A stretch of 63,956 nt of DNA, counting the filler, from Octopus bimaculoides (taxonomy: Eukaryota): the NCBI RefSeq assembly GCF_001194135.2. It is 6 parts of 6 records of this genome, joined end to end, with 100 filler letters (N's around TTAATTAATTAA, not from the genome) between each part and the next. Parts side by side here need not be neighbours in the genome. Positions count along the whole stretch, not along the records: positions 1 to 11,073 come from NC_068981.1; positions 11,174 to 25,760 come from NC_068995.1; 4 more parts are not named here. One strand, 5' to 3'. The first letter of the stretch is position 1, and each line of letters opens with the position of its first letter. Positions 1-13,167 of the stretch are shown here, one piece after another. The notes under the pieces were generated by a model, which did no database searches, was not told the origin of the DNA, and saw only the letters and a program-made list of their open reading frames with translations. The translations under genes and the position numbers were made by a program.

Positions 1-47
<47 letters not shown>

Positions 48-736
48 GCATATATATAAAGAGAGAGATCAGGGAGAAACACAGACAGATAGACAGATAG
101 CTAGCTAGTTAGTTAGATAGGTGAAAATACTTTTGTGTGCGTCTTTGTTGGAAGGTTTGTGCGCGTGAATGTGTGTGCGAGTGCGTTTATTTTATGGACG
201 TTTGAGAAACTGTTAAGATGACGATGAATGAACCGTCAGTCCATTCGTTGTTATAGTAGTGGATGACTGTGCTATCATGAGAAAAGTGGATGACATGATG
301 TCCAATTCATTCATTTGCTTTTTAAAATTCTTTTTTATATATATTTATTTATTTATAATTTTCTTTGCTCAAGTTCAAGAGAAGTCGCAGGCATAGCTTT
401 AATATGAGTTGTTGTGTCTGGGGGGGAGCCGTTAATCTGATGTTGATTATTAAATTGACATCCTGTGTGACAGTTGTGAAGTAAAGTGTAATGCTTGATT
501 AAATAACGATTAATAGCATAGGGGAATTTTCCAGAATTTAAACGATTTTCCTATGCTTAGTTGTATCATTGCAAATGGATTCCTAATGAAGGAGTGGGAT
601 GCACTCCACCAGACATAACAGTTACTAAGATAACTGGGGTTTTCCGTTTATTGATGAGAGTGGATTTTTATTAGACGGGAGAATGGTTCATATATGTGTG
701 TGTGTATGTTGACACATATTCACGCACAGACACACG

Positions 737-798
<62 letters not shown>

Positions 799-815
799 TA
801 GAGAAAGAGAGAGAA

Positions 816-861
<46 letters not shown>

Positions 862-1346
862 GCACAAATAGGTGGATGTATTTATATAAAAAATGAGGAT
901 GATAAAATTAGAAAACTGCATAAAATTATGTAAATTTTAACAGTTTCTGAGCGTCTGTGTTTAGTAATTCAGACTGTTAACATGAGCCTAATTTCTTTCT
1001 TTTCACATAAATAAATATAACTACTTAAAACAAACACTCACTCCACTTCGGATTCGATCAACGTGGTGGACAAGCACTTATTCTAAAGATGATTGCATGT
1101 ATGGATGGATAATATATATTGTATGGTATGTTTGACGTTCGTGTATGTATGTCTTTGCGATTGTGTATTTTTGCAAAAGATGGAGACCCTAGCACCATGG
1201 GTCGACCAATAACGTTTCAGTTTAATTCTAGAGACAGAAATGGGTCTAGTTAAGTTCCATAATTTCGAGAAATTGTGTCAGCATGAAATAAAAACTGTGA
1301 GGAAAAATGGATCCCATAAAGAAAATTCGTATTATAATAATAATTA

Positions 1347-2066
1347 TTGTGTTTGACTATTGCTTTTTATTTGTACAAGTCTCACCCAGAGACCTCAAGA
1401 GACAACGCGTTAGAAGTTAATGTAGGTGTTATGCCTGGGGTGTTATATATTTGGCTTTGCACATATATTTGGTATTGTTCTAGAGAATGTTTAAGAAACC
1501 ATAAGAAAATTAAGAGCTTGTTTTAAAACTTGAGATTACATAGACAGTATTTTATGTAGGATATGGGCAGTTCTCATGAGCACTATCTGCCATTTCTACC
1601 CTTTTGGGGTTTCTTGGTATCTGAGCTAGGTAGGAATCAACCCCTTTTGCTATCATTCCTAGGTTGTCTATGACAACAGGTATTGTTTTAGTCTTGAGGT
1701 TCCACATTTTGCCAATTTCTGTTTCAAGATCTTTATACTTGCTCAGTTTTGGTAGGTATTGACAGATATATTTATGTTGATTGCGACAGCCATATCAAAG
1801 AGGAGGCTTGATTTTTGTCTGAAGCCTTTCAATATAATGTCTGGCCTATTCTTATTTATCTTTCTGTCAGTTTGAATGGTGAAGTTCCAGAGGAGTGAGA
1901 TGTGATCATTTTCAAGCACTGGAGGTGGTTTGTGTTCCCACCAGTTTTTCTCATTGAGCAGATCCAGTTTTTGGCAAATTACCTAGTGATTAGCTTGTGC
2001 TGCTCTGTCATGCCTGTTGAGATACTCTGTAGGCGCAAGAAGACTGCACATGGAAACAACATGATC
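1347..2066 (-). mobile_element. 5'-truncated, decayed R4/Dong-like non-LTR retrotransposon (zinc knuckle end + restriction-like endonuclease + 3' UTR)
   Basis: Manual minus-strand translation: DHVVSMCSLLAPTEYLNRHDRAAQ...WWEHKPPPVLENDHISLLWNFTIQTDRKINKNRPDIILK...LLFDMAV...(frameshift)KYKDLETEIGKMWNLKTKTIPVVI. The H-x4-C-x9-RHD, RPDI and KYxDL motifs are typical of RLE-type elements. It has stops/frameshifts, an AATAAA near the 3' end, and (AAT)n on both flanks. Confidence 0.88.
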
Positions 2067-2078
2067 GATTATTATTGC

Positions 2079-2138
<60 letters not shown>

Positions 2139-2825
2139 NNNNNNNNNNNNNNNNNNNNNNNNNNNNNNNNNNNNNNNNNNNNNNNNNNNNNNNNNNNNNN
2201 NNNNNNNNNNNNNNNNNNNNNNNNNNNNNNNNNNNNNNNNNNNNNNNNNNNNNNNNNNNNNNNNNNNNNNNNNNNNNNNNNNNNNNNNNNNNNNNNNNNN
2301 NNNNNNNNNNNNNNNNNNNNNNNNNNNNNNNNNNNNNNNNNNNNNNNNNNNNNNNNNNNNNNNNNNNNNNNNNNNNNNNNNNNNNNNNNNNNNNNNNNNN
2401 NNNNNNNNNNNNNNNNNNNNNNNNNNNNNNNNNNNNNNNNNNNNNNNNNNNNNNNNNNNNNNNNNNNNNNNNNNNNNNNNNNNNNNNNNNNNNNNNNNNN
2501 NNNNNNNNNNNNNNNNNNNNNNNNNNNNNNNNNNNNNNNNNNNNNNNNNNNNNNNNNNNNNNNNNNNNNNNNNNNNNNNNNNNNNNNNNNNNNNNNNNNN
2601 NNNNNNNNNNNNNNNNNNNNNNNNNNNNNNNNNNNNNNNNNNNNNNNNNNNNNNNNNNNNNNNNNNNNNNNNNNNNNNNNNNNNNNNNNNNNNNNNNNNN
2701 NNNNNNNNNNNNNNNNNATTTTATAACAGGGGAAAAGAAAAAGACAGAAAAGAAAACAGAAAAAAAAAGACAGAAAAAAGAGGAAAGAAAAAAGAAAAGG
2801 AAAAAGAATATTTAATCAAACAGTT

Positions 2826-3710
2826 TTGTATAAATTTCATTATTTTCTCCTGTCATTAATAATTCGCAAACATTTTTTCTCATGCATTCTGAGAAGTGAA
2901 AGGGAAGCGAGCTCAGAATATTTTCTGAGAATATGCACTTTCAAGTCCTTTTCAAAATTGCAGCCGTTTGAAACGAAATGTTCAGCAAGTTCTGTCAAAC
3001 TACTATTATTGTGTCTGACGTCGAATCTGTGCCCATTAAACCTTTTGTTTAATTGTTCTGTTGTACAACTAACATAAATCAGGTTGTGTTTCGTGCATTC
3101 TGCCGCGTACACCAAATGAGAATCTCTACATGTCTGTTAGGATTCCTTATGGACTTCACTTGACTCATGTTGTTGCACAATGAACAGGGCTTGCCTCTCT
3201 TGCGGCTCTTTTTCCAGGTACAGCGTGCAGATACTCCAATGTTCGTTTTCTTGGAGTCAGAAATAGAGGTCAATAATTCTCTTATATTCTTATTGCGTCA
3301 AAAGGCTACAATAGGCGGCTGAGGAAATATCTGTTTGAAACGAGGATATTTTTTCACCACATGTTGGTAACTTTCATGAAACACTTTCGAAATGCCGGCG
3401 AAATTTCGATGCCAGTTAATCTCTAAAGGAATTCTGTCATCTATTGTATTGTGTTTTCTAAAATTATACGCGAAGATTTGACTATCTTTGCTAATCTCAG
3501 CTATTTCATTTTCTATATCCTTTAATCGTCATTCATCGTAACCGCGTTTGACATAATGATGTACAAAAGCATTTGCATGTTTCCAGCAATCCCCTATGTC
3601 AGTACAAATCCGTTTTATCCTCAAAAATTGAGTTTTCGGATTTGACGGAATAATATGATGTGGATGATAGGAACGGCGGTGGAGATAAATGTGGAATGAC
3701 GTGGGCTTGC
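2826..3710 (-). mobile_element. Decayed Penelope-like element: RT thumb, Cys-rich linker and GIY-YIG endonuclease
   Basis: Minus-strand translation: KPTSFHIYLHRRSYHPHH...QFLRIKRICTD...KRGY...FPQPPIVAF*RNKNIRELL...RGKPCSLCNNM...(frameshift)VYAAECTKHNLIYVSCTTEQLNKRFNGHRFDV. These match the PLE motifs KPT-x4-YL-x3-S-x-HP, QFLRIxRIC, VAxRRxKN and the GIY-YIG core; two in-frame stops and one frameshift. Confidence 0.9.
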
Positions 3711-3741
<31 letters not shown>

Positions 3742-4275
3742 GTCACTATTCTGCCTCCAGAAAATTTAACCTTGTGTCTTAAACATTCAACGGTAGTTTT
3801 TTGAAAGACTAGACGTAAGATTTATGTTGGACTTAAAGCCGTAGATTTTAGCACAACCGTTATAGAAATGCAAGAAGTTCATTAAACTATCAAATGCAGA
3901 AAACAGTAGGGTGTGATACGAGAGAAATTTTTACTGCTATTTGTAGCCATATTAGCAAGTAAGTAGAGGTGTACATGTTTTGTATGATGCTGACATTTGG
4001 CCATGAGAGTCAATTTGATAATATTTTGGGTTAATATTTTGATGGTTGTGTGTGTCGGATTCTTGTTTTTTTTGTTTTTTTTTTCAATCAGGGTAAGTTT
4101 ATATGGAATAAACAGGTAAGACAGAGAATGAGAACAAAATATATTCACTTAGCAGAAAAAGAATCTTCAATATAATCAGGAGAAAATATGATAGGAGACA
4201 ACTATATATGTATGTTCCTCTGTGCGCGTGTGTTGTATGTATGTATGTATGTATGTATGTATGTATGTATGTATG

Positions 4276-4330
<55 letters not shown>

Positions 4331-4419
4331 NNNNNNNNNNNNNNNNNNNNNNNNNNNNNNNNNNNNNNNNNNNNNNNNNNNNNNNNNNNNNNNNNNNNNN
4401 NNNNNNNNNNNNNNNNNNN

Positions 4420-4463
<44 letters not shown>

Positions 4464-4564
4464 ACAGACGTATGCTCATAAAAACTATTTTGTCAAGAAC
4501 ACATACACACACAGAAGCACACACGCGCATAAATATACGTCTGTCAGTCTGTGTGTGTATGCAC

Positions 4565-4647
<83 letters not shown>

Positions 4648-5959
4648 TGCACACCTATGTAAGTAAATTTGCAGATGTGTGTTGTTCATGTGTGTCTTTA
4701 TGTGTGGTGGTCTGTGTGTATACAAGCATGCATATAACAGTATTAATGAGCACATGGAAAATTTATATAAGTATAAGTGTATGTATAACTTCAATAAAGC
4801 AATAATACTGACGTCAACACACTGGAATCCGAGATACACTTATACACTAATTTCTATCTATTTTTCTATCGATATAAATGTATATATATATATATANNNN
4901 NNNNNNNNNNNNNNNNNNNNNNNNNNNNNNNNNNNNNNNNNNNNNNNNNNNNNNNNNNNNNNNNNNNNNNNNNNNNNNNNNNNNNNNNNNNNNNNNATAT
5001 ATATATATATATGTATGTATGTATATACATACGTATTATTCTCTAATTGTTTGCATATCAGTAGATAAACAAGAGCTTGCTTTATCAATACATTCGTGTA
5101 AACATGCCAGTAGTACGTGTTTGCAAGGCCGGTTTTTTCCCCCTTTTATTTTATTTCTTTTCTTTCGTTTCATTGTTGTCTATCTATGTAAGATTATCTT
5201 TTTCTTATTATTCATAGCAAATCGTTGTCTTTATCTACTGCAACAAACTCCCTTTCTATATTTGGAAACATTTATTCAGAATGTTCGTATTTTTATTATT
5301 TTTTTACTTGTAGTTTTTCGTCGTGTGTTCGGGCGCGCATGTATGTGTAAGTCTTTATATATATATACATCTGTGTGTGTTTGTGCGTGTGCGCGCGTGA
5401 GTGTATGTTTGTGTTAGATATCTATTCTACTTTCACTTTCCCAATATCATTTTCTTTTGTTTCTATTTTTTTACAGAAAATATTTTTTGCCCCTGACCTG
5501 AAGTGAGGTGGGTGTTCGTTTTAAGATATGTATTTGAAAACAAGTCTTTATAAAAATTCATGCGGAAAGTTAGATCATATCAGTCACCTTTCTATAATGT
5601 CCTGCGTTGCCTGCCCCATTTTGTACCATCAAACAAATGAAGGAGCCTCTACGCAGTCGCTAAATCTGCTACATATAGCAGTCAAAACATACTTCAATCA
5701 TATCAAACTAAATAAATCTGGAGATAAGATAATGCGATCCTGATTGCATTGTGTCTATAAAAATGTATTTCTCCATTTTAAATACATGATCAGTTGTTTA
5801 GAGGTAGCTAGAACATCATGCCTGTAGATATCTGTACCTAAGTTATTAAATATGGATTTGAAGATGTTGCTGCATGACCAACATGGGTAACATGAAGGAT
5901 TTAATAAGTGGAGAATAAGGCGCAAATCCTAATTCAGGGCGGATAATTATCTTCCATGC

Positions 5960-6208
5960 CAGTGTCTCTCAACCATTTCTTACCTATGGACGCCTTTGAT
6001 TCCTATTCGGATGGATCCTCATAGCCTTTCGATGATTAAAAGCTCAAATTTTATTTCTATAATTAGATATCATTAGAAATTGTATTTAAAAAATGTTTAA
6101 ATATTTTGTGAATTCTGGAAGTCTAACCTATTTATTACAGATAAATTTTAACAACAAGATCTTTTATGGATCCCCAAAGGCCACATGGACCCAGGTTGAG
6201 AACCATTG
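5960..6208. mobile_element. hAT-type MITE (~250 bp)
   Basis: Imperfect terminal inverted repeats cagtgtctctcaacc / ggttgagaaccattg; degenerate 8-bp flanks ttccatgc / ttctacac. Confidence 0.65.
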
Positions 6209-6491
6209 TTCTACACCATCACTATCCCAATATGAGTCAATGAGGAATCCTTCCTATGCACAGTTTTGAAACATCAGGATACATGGATTAATGTAATTGT
6301 GGATACATAATAACTGAAAAATAGCAAACACAGAGTAGTTAACGCTAAAATCCTTTAATCGTAGGAAATGTTGGTTGGGATTGGACCCAGATTATTATTA
6401 ATGATATCATGAACATATTTTATTACGGCACATTCGTTCTCCTTCTTTTCTTTACTGATTACCAAGAGTAAATCTCATCCGATCATCTTAC

Positions 6492-6667
6492 ATAGAGAGC
6501 TGTGATGCATCAAAAAGTGAGAACAACTGCTTTGGGTCAGTGTAGCCAGCTGGTAGTATCGGATGTACATTGCAGTAAACTTTGGTTGCTGGTGGCAGTT
6601 TACAATTTTAATTTGAGTTGAAATATTTTCTAGACTGGCATCTCTCACTTCCATCAATCTCGGAGGT
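6492..6667 (-). CDS. Candidate internal exon of an unidentified gene
   Basis: Strong acceptor (ttaattcttttcag) and donor (ctat|gtaaga); one open frame, phase 2 to 1: PPRLMEVRDASLENISTQIKIVNCHQQPKFTAMYIRYYQLATLTQSSCSHFLMHHSSL. No recognisable domain. Confidence 0.4.
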
Positions 6668-7065
6668 CTGAAAAGAATTAAGGAGATAGCCTTTTCTACC
6701 GACTATAAGAACTAAAGAGAAACTGAACATTTATTTTTACCGTTGTTTACATTGAATTCACTATTATAGTAATACGTGATAGCTGTCAGCTCGTTAGGCG
6801 AGCATGACCATATCTGACAAGTGTCAGCAATGCCCGTGCAAGGGTTTTAAGCCGTATGTGGCTTGCACAACACCACAACGACTCGCACAAAGAATAGCAA
6901 GGAACCCAAAGACAAGTACGGTGCTAGAGCTGTAGGTTTTATCTACGAGTTAACCTTCCCCTAGTGGGATGACTTGACAAACACCAGAGGATGCGTCCTG
7001 GGCGTATATAGTTTTACATACAACACACACATACACTTGTTTATACATAAATATATGTGTGTGTG

Positions 7066-7155
<90 letters not shown>

Positions 7156-7179
7156 TATGTATGTATGTATATAATATTC

Positions 7180-7545
7180 TTTTATTCTTTCATTTGTTTC
7201 AGCTACTGCGACCACGCTGGAGCACCGCCTTTAGTAAAAAAAATTGAACCCAGGACTTATTATTTGTAAGCCTAGTACTTATTCTATCAGACTCTTTTAC
7301 TGAACCGCTAGGTTACGTGGACGTAAACACACCAGCATCGGTTGTCAAGCGATGGTGGAGAGGGAACTCAGACGCACAAGCATATACATCTTTTTCAGTT
7401 TCCGTCAACCAAATCCACTCACAAGGCTTTGGTCGGCCCAAGGCTATAGTAGAAGACACTTGCCCAAGGTGCCACGCGGTGAGACTGAACCCGGAACCAT
7501 GTTGTTTGGAAACAAACAGCTTACCGCACAGCCACACTTCCGCCT
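7180..7545 (-). mobile_element. SINE family B (long form)
   Basis: Reverse complement of the recurrent head ggagtggctgtgtggtaag...ggcaccttgggcaagtgtcttctactatagcc...ggatttggt(a/t)gacggaaactgaaa seen about ten times in the window. Confidence 0.85.
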
Positions 7546-8076
7546 ATATATAATGTATATGCATATATATTATATATATATATATTCTAGCATATAAGGT
7601 GTTCTGTTAAGGATCACCTCATTTGTATAAATGTACACTAATTTTATTTGAAAACTATGTTGTTTATTTGACTATTTTATGCATGCTAGGCCACTGGTAG
7701 AAAATTTCTCTTCTACTCTATATTTTCTTAATATGATTTTTAGTAATTTTGAAGGTAGTCGGCACATAAGGCTTTTATTTGCTGCAAACGATAACTGCGC
7801 TTGCGCGGTGAAATTGAAAAATTATAATGTATAAAGATGGTAAATGTGCTCTCTACTTGTCCCATAATTTATGTTATCTAGCAGCCCTTGGTGATGAAGG
7901 ACACAGATAAACTGATTATTTTATTTGTTCATTAATGTCCAAACCTAGCTACAAGTGGTAATTATTGAAAAATTTTTCAATTTTCATTCCCTTAGAAATT
8001 GCTCTTAACTTCGGCTTAGATTTTGACTGTTCTTTCTATCATGTAACGTGTCCTGTTAAGAGTCACCTTTTTAGTG

Positions 8077-8142
<66 letters not shown>

Positions 8143-8373
8143 NNNNNNNNNNNNNNNNNNNNNNNNNNNNNNNNNNNNNNNNNNNNNNNNNNNNNNNNNN
8201 NNNNNNNNNNNNNNNNNNNNNNNNNNNNNNNNNNNNNNNNNNNNNNNNNNNNNNNNNNNNNNNNNNNNNNNNNNNNNNNNNNNNNNNNNNNNNNTATATA
8301 TAATGTAATGATCTCGATGATGTCAACAAAGCACTCATCGAAATTCTGGGTTTTGTGCCTAAATTTGACACAT

Positions 8374-8405
<32 letters not shown>

Positions 8406-8620
8406 AGGTGGCGACCTGACAGAATCGTTAGAGCGCCGAACAAAATGCTTAGCGGTATTTCGTCTGCCGCTACGTCCTGAGTTCAAATTCCGCCGAGGTT
8501 GACGTTGTCTCTCATCTTTTTGGGGTCGATAAAATAAGTACCAGTGAAGTACTGAGGTCGATGTAATCGACTATCCGCCGCTCCACAAATTTCAGGCTTT
8601 GTGCCTATAGTAGAAAAAAT
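8406..8620 (+). mobile_element. SINE family A (tRNA-like head, central tttcatc...ggggtcgataaa...aagtaccag domain)
   Basis: B-box-like gagttcaaattcc; homologous to six other copies in the window; sits directly after (TAC)n. Confidence 0.85.
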
Positions 8621-9481
8621 TATTATTATTATTAGTAGTAGTAGTAGTAGTAGTAGTTAGGGTTAGGTTTATTGTTATTAATATTATTAAAGTTAGTAGT
8701 ATTATGTTGTTGTTGTTGTTGCGATTGTCATATCTTGGCGTGAACGACGGATTGTCAAATCACTCCGAGGGAATTGGATTATTGCCAAGTTTAACTGGAT
8801 GACAATTATTCTTCTTAGTATTGTTTTCCATTGAGTATATCGCAGAATAACCTGTATAGAAAATAGGAGAGTATTTTGTTATTTTGCCAAGAAAATAAAA
8901 AACATCTACCTGGAATAGACAAAAGGTGTTTCTTTTAGACATCTTTTAAGTTCTTCTCGAAAACTTTTATTTCAATTACATTTTTTTATCCAGTGCGATT
9001 ACTTTTATAAGAGGTGCAGTAATAGCACCCAAAAATAAAAACAGTAGCACTTCATGCGCTCCACTCTCACTGGAAACGCTGAAATATTTTTTGAATACAC
9101 AAGTTCGAATTCTAAAGAAGAGTGACAATTGCAATATGCGTGTTGGTTTCGTACACCGTTCCCACACACAAAATTTCTGGATTTATGTTTGAAATAAAAT
9201 GCTATGTTTTCTGTAAAACAAAGAATAGATTTACAGTGCTTACTGACCACAGTTGCTTATATGTGCCATGATCGCTCTCGTAAGTATATTGCTATTGGTT
9301 GCTGCTGTTTTCTGTTATTATAACATTCATATCTAGGATGGATCAGAGGAACCGACTTCAATATTGTGTAATAAATTTTCTTTCTTTCACCCTAGAAATA
9401 CAAAAAAAAAAGCAAAGTTAACCTCAGGGATATGAATTGAAAATGTAAATGGCCAGAAAGCATATTGTATGATTTACTAAC

Positions 9482-9645
9482 AATTCAGCCAGTTCATTGT
9501 CCATAACGTTGAGGATTTTAGAAGCTTTCCAGCTATAACCATTTATTCTTTTTGGAGAGTTGGTAGGATTTGATATCGTAAAGTAGTTGTTCTTAACTTG
9601 TGATGCTGCACCATCTTTTGGGTCTTTTGAGTTCACACGGAGATG
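9482..9645 (-). CDS. Candidate internal exon of an unidentified gene
   Basis: Acceptor cacgtacag preceded by three ctaac branch-like motifs; donor tt|gttagt; open frame, phase 0 to 2: HLRVNSKDPKDGAASQVKNNYFTISNPTNSPKRINGYSWKASKILNVMDNELAE. Phases fit the candidates at 20848-20963 and 6492-6667. Confidence 0.3.
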
Positions 9646-9711
9646 CTGTACGTGGATAGTTAGATTACTGGATAGTTAGATGTGGATAGTTAGATTACTG
9701 CCGAAGTCCAG

Positions 9712-10250
9712 TTTGCCTTTCATTCTTTCAGGGCTGATAAATTAAGTACCAGTTGAGCCTTGAGGCCGATACAATCGACTAGCCCTCACTCACTAGGCGC
9801 AATTGAGGCTGTAGCAAGAAGTTTGCTGCTCAACACATGGTTCCAGGTTAGATCCCACAGCATGGCAACTTGAGCAAGTTTCATTACTATAGCCTTGCGC
9901 CAGCCAAAATATTGTTAATGGATCTGGTAGACGGAAACCGAAATAAGGCCAACACATGTGTGTGTATGTGTGTTTGTGAGAGTGTGTGTGTGTATGTGTG
10001 TGTATGTGTGTGTGTGTGTGCGTGTGTGTGTGTGTGTGTGTCGTGTTTGTCTTTGTTGCCCATCACCGTTTAACAACCAGTGTTTTGTTTACGCCCCCAT
10101 AACTTAGCGGTTCAGCAAAAGAACGGATTTAAGAAGTACCTGGTTTAAAAAAGAAAAATAAGTACTGGGATCGGTTTGCTCGGCTCGAACTTTCAAGGTA
10201 GTGTCTGCATGGCTGTGATCTGATACCTGTAACAAATAAAAGAGAAAGGC
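9712..10250 (+). mobile_element. Partial SINE A (9712-9790) followed by a diverged long SINE B (9793-10250) with internal (TG)n
   Basis: tttcattctttcagggctgataaattaagtaccag (family A core), then ggcgcaattgaggctgtagcaagaagtttgc...ggtagacggaaaccgaaa (family B). Confidence 0.75.
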
Positions 10251-11173
10251 TAATAGATGCTGTTTGAAACAGTAAAATACAATATGAATAATAAAGCACA
10301 TTGTTTAAATTAAACCTCGTTTACTTAACATAATCCTGCATCGTTATATTTTTCCCCAAATATCGAAATATTTAGTGGAAAGGAATAGGTGTAATTCAAA
10401 AGGTTGAAGGTCACTGATCTAGAGTGTTTTTCCTTATGTCAAGATGTTGCGTATGAGTTGAGAGAAATTTGGCTGCTATTTCTTGCAGGCCGAACGGCCT
10501 CATTAAAGGCACATCAGCTGGCTCCTATCTAATGTATATGATTTTTCGTGCTGTGCTACTTTTTTATTTTATTCGGTATATATCCTTTTTACTTGGATTG
10601 TATGACACTAATCAAGGTACTTTGGTTCAGCTGTATTCAACGGAGCGTAAAATGTGGCAGCACCACAATGAACTTCAACGTGTTACACCTCCTCACCCAG
10701 TTTGAGTACAACAAGACCAGTAACAATCCACAAACACACAAAAAGGAAATAACAGTAAAAACAGCAAAATGTCAATGACGACGACTACGACGACGACGAC
10801 GACGACATTAACGAGAATCAGTAAATGCAACGACAGTTTCAGGGGAATGAGCCAGTAAGGTAGCCACTAATTGTTGCTTGAAATATAAGCCCAATCTTTC
10901 TCAAATCACACCTAGTAATTTGTAAAAATAAGTGGAAGCGCGTTATATGAAATCATAAATGCACTGCTCCTGAGAATAAGTTGTCTGAATAACAACAATT
11001 TAAGTCTTTCTCAAAACGCACACTTATTTGTTTCATTCGTTACACTGCGGACATGCACGGTACCGCCTTGAAGNNNNNNNNNNNNNNNNNNNNNNNNNNN
11101 NNNNNNNNNNNNNNNNNTTAATTAATTAANNNNNNNNNNNNNNNNNNNNNNNNNNNNNNNNNNNNNNNNNNNN

Positions 11174-11213
<40 letters not shown>

Positions 11214-11499
11214 GTGAGTGTGTGTGTGTGCATGTTTACATATATGTATGTTTACGTCATATTTTTGCGTATTATATATGTGTGTCTGTGTATGTGTGTG
11301 TGTGTGTATGATGAAGTAGAAGAAAGAGAAGAAGAAGAAGGAGGAGGAGGAAGAGGAAGGAGGAGGAGGAAAAGGAAATCGCGTTTGAAGAATCATAAGG
11401 CAAGCGATAAAAAAAAACTTGACGCAGCGTAGAGAGGGCGAATAGTCGTAGGAGAAGGTTATGATGGGGCGGTGTGTCGGGTTGAAAGTTGATGAAAAC

Positions 11500-12028
11500 T
11501 ATGATCCAAGAGAACTGCCTCGTCATCACCGCCATTGTCGTCGTCGTCGTCGTCGTCATGGAAGTGGCTGTCGTCATTGTCATTATCATCAAGAATTCCT
11601 TAATTATCATCATCCAATAATAATCGCAATCATGATCATGGTCATCATCGTCATCATCATCATTACCATTACCATCACCATCATCACCACCACCACAACT
11701 ACAATCACCGCCATTGCTGTCACTAGCACCACAATCACAACCAACACCACTAAACACATCAGCAGCAACAGCAGCATCATCGTCATCATTATCGCTATCA
11801 TCATCATCACCATTATCATCATCATCATCATCATCATCATCACCACCCTCACCATCACAATCACCACCACCACCAACAACAACACAAGTACCTCCACCAT
11901 CATCATCATCGACATCATCGTCATTATCATCACGGTCCATCGATCGATCGATCGATCGATCCAACCATCCAACCAGCGAAACTCCTCCTCCACCCATCAT
12001 CCTACATTTGATTCTCCTCTTCCTCCTC
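11500..12028. repeat. Cryptic trinucleotide low-complexity tract (ATC/ACC/GTC) including (GATC)n at about 11938-11960
   Basis: Directly visible; explains the poly-I/T/D/S ORFs in the track. Confidence 0.9.
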
Positions 12029-12407
12029 NNNNNNNNNNNNNNNNNNNNNNNNNNNNNNNNNNNNNNNNNNNNNNNNNNNNNNNNNNNNNNNNNNNNNNNN
12101 NNNNNNNNNNNNNNNNNNNNNNNNNNNNNNNNNNNNNNNNNNNNNNNNNNNNNNNNNNNNNNNNNNNNNNNNNNNNNNNNNNNNNNNNNNNNNNNNNNNN
12201 NNNNNNNNNNNNNNNNNNNNNNNNNNNNNNNNNNNNNNNNNNNNNNNNNNNNNNNNNNNNNNNNNNNNNNNNNNNNNNNNNNNNNNNNNNNNNNNNNNNN
12301 NNNNNNNNNNNNNNNNNNNNNNNNNNNNNNNNNNNNNNNNNNNNNNNNNNNNNNNNNNNNNNNNNNNNNNNNNNNNNNNNNNNNNNNNNNNNNNNNNNNN
12401 NNNNNNN

Positions 12408-12438
<31 letters not shown>

Positions 12439-13119
12439 GCACCACCAATACCAGCAGCGGCAGGAAGAAGTTATCAGGAGCATAATCGTTATGAACAATA
12501 ATGGAAGACGGTGTAAGAACGTTAAGTACAAAATCTGTGGTGAAAACAAAAATTATTAAAACGTAAAAAAAAACGAAACGAAACGAAAAAAAAAAAAAAC
12601 TCGAATAATCAAAAAACATTGAAACAAAAATGAAACAAATAATATTAGCTGTGAGGAGGGAGGGGGGAAATGTAAGAAAGACAGAAAAAAAAACAAAAAA
12701 AGGACTTGCTATGTGTGAGGTTTATGGAAGTAAAAGATACAGAGCAAAGAACAAGATGAATGAGCTTGCGAATAAGTTGTAGGCAATGAAAGAGATAAAA
12801 TACAACGTTTATTGTTTTATGAAGAATGAAGAAAAAAGAACTTTTCGTACATTGTAAGAAAGATGGAGGGGGAAAAAAATAACAATTAACAGTTGAAGAC
12901 AACAATAACGACATCGAAAGGAAAAAAAAAAAAAAGACAAGAATAAGAAAAGAGAAAGTAATATTTAGATGGAAGATGTAACTTCATGCATACACACATA
13001 CACACATGCATTCATACATACATACATACATACATACATACATACATACAAACATACATACATACATNNNNNNNNNNATATACATATATATATATACATA
13101 TATATATATACATATATAT

Positions 13120-13167
<48 letters not shown>

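Noticed and set aside
1902-2815. Long ORFs containing X runs or poly-Y/I/L/H-T/C-V (most of the ORF track)
   Set aside because: Produced by N-gaps and microsatellites; no coding evidence.
4080-4100. Polypyrimidine tract followed by cagggtaagt, resembling a recursive splice site
   Set aside because: There is an extra G between AG and GTAAGT, and no host gene is established on the plus strand.
11118-11129. TTAATTAATTAA islands centred in N-runs (also 25805, 47492, 59557, 61882)
   Set aside because: Identical 12-mer with stops in all six frames, always flanked by Ns: an assembly gap spacer, not biology.
11461-12559. His/Thr/Ile/Asp-rich ORFs suggesting a low-complexity structural protein
   Set aside because: All frames on both strands are open because of triplet repeats; no splice or domain support.
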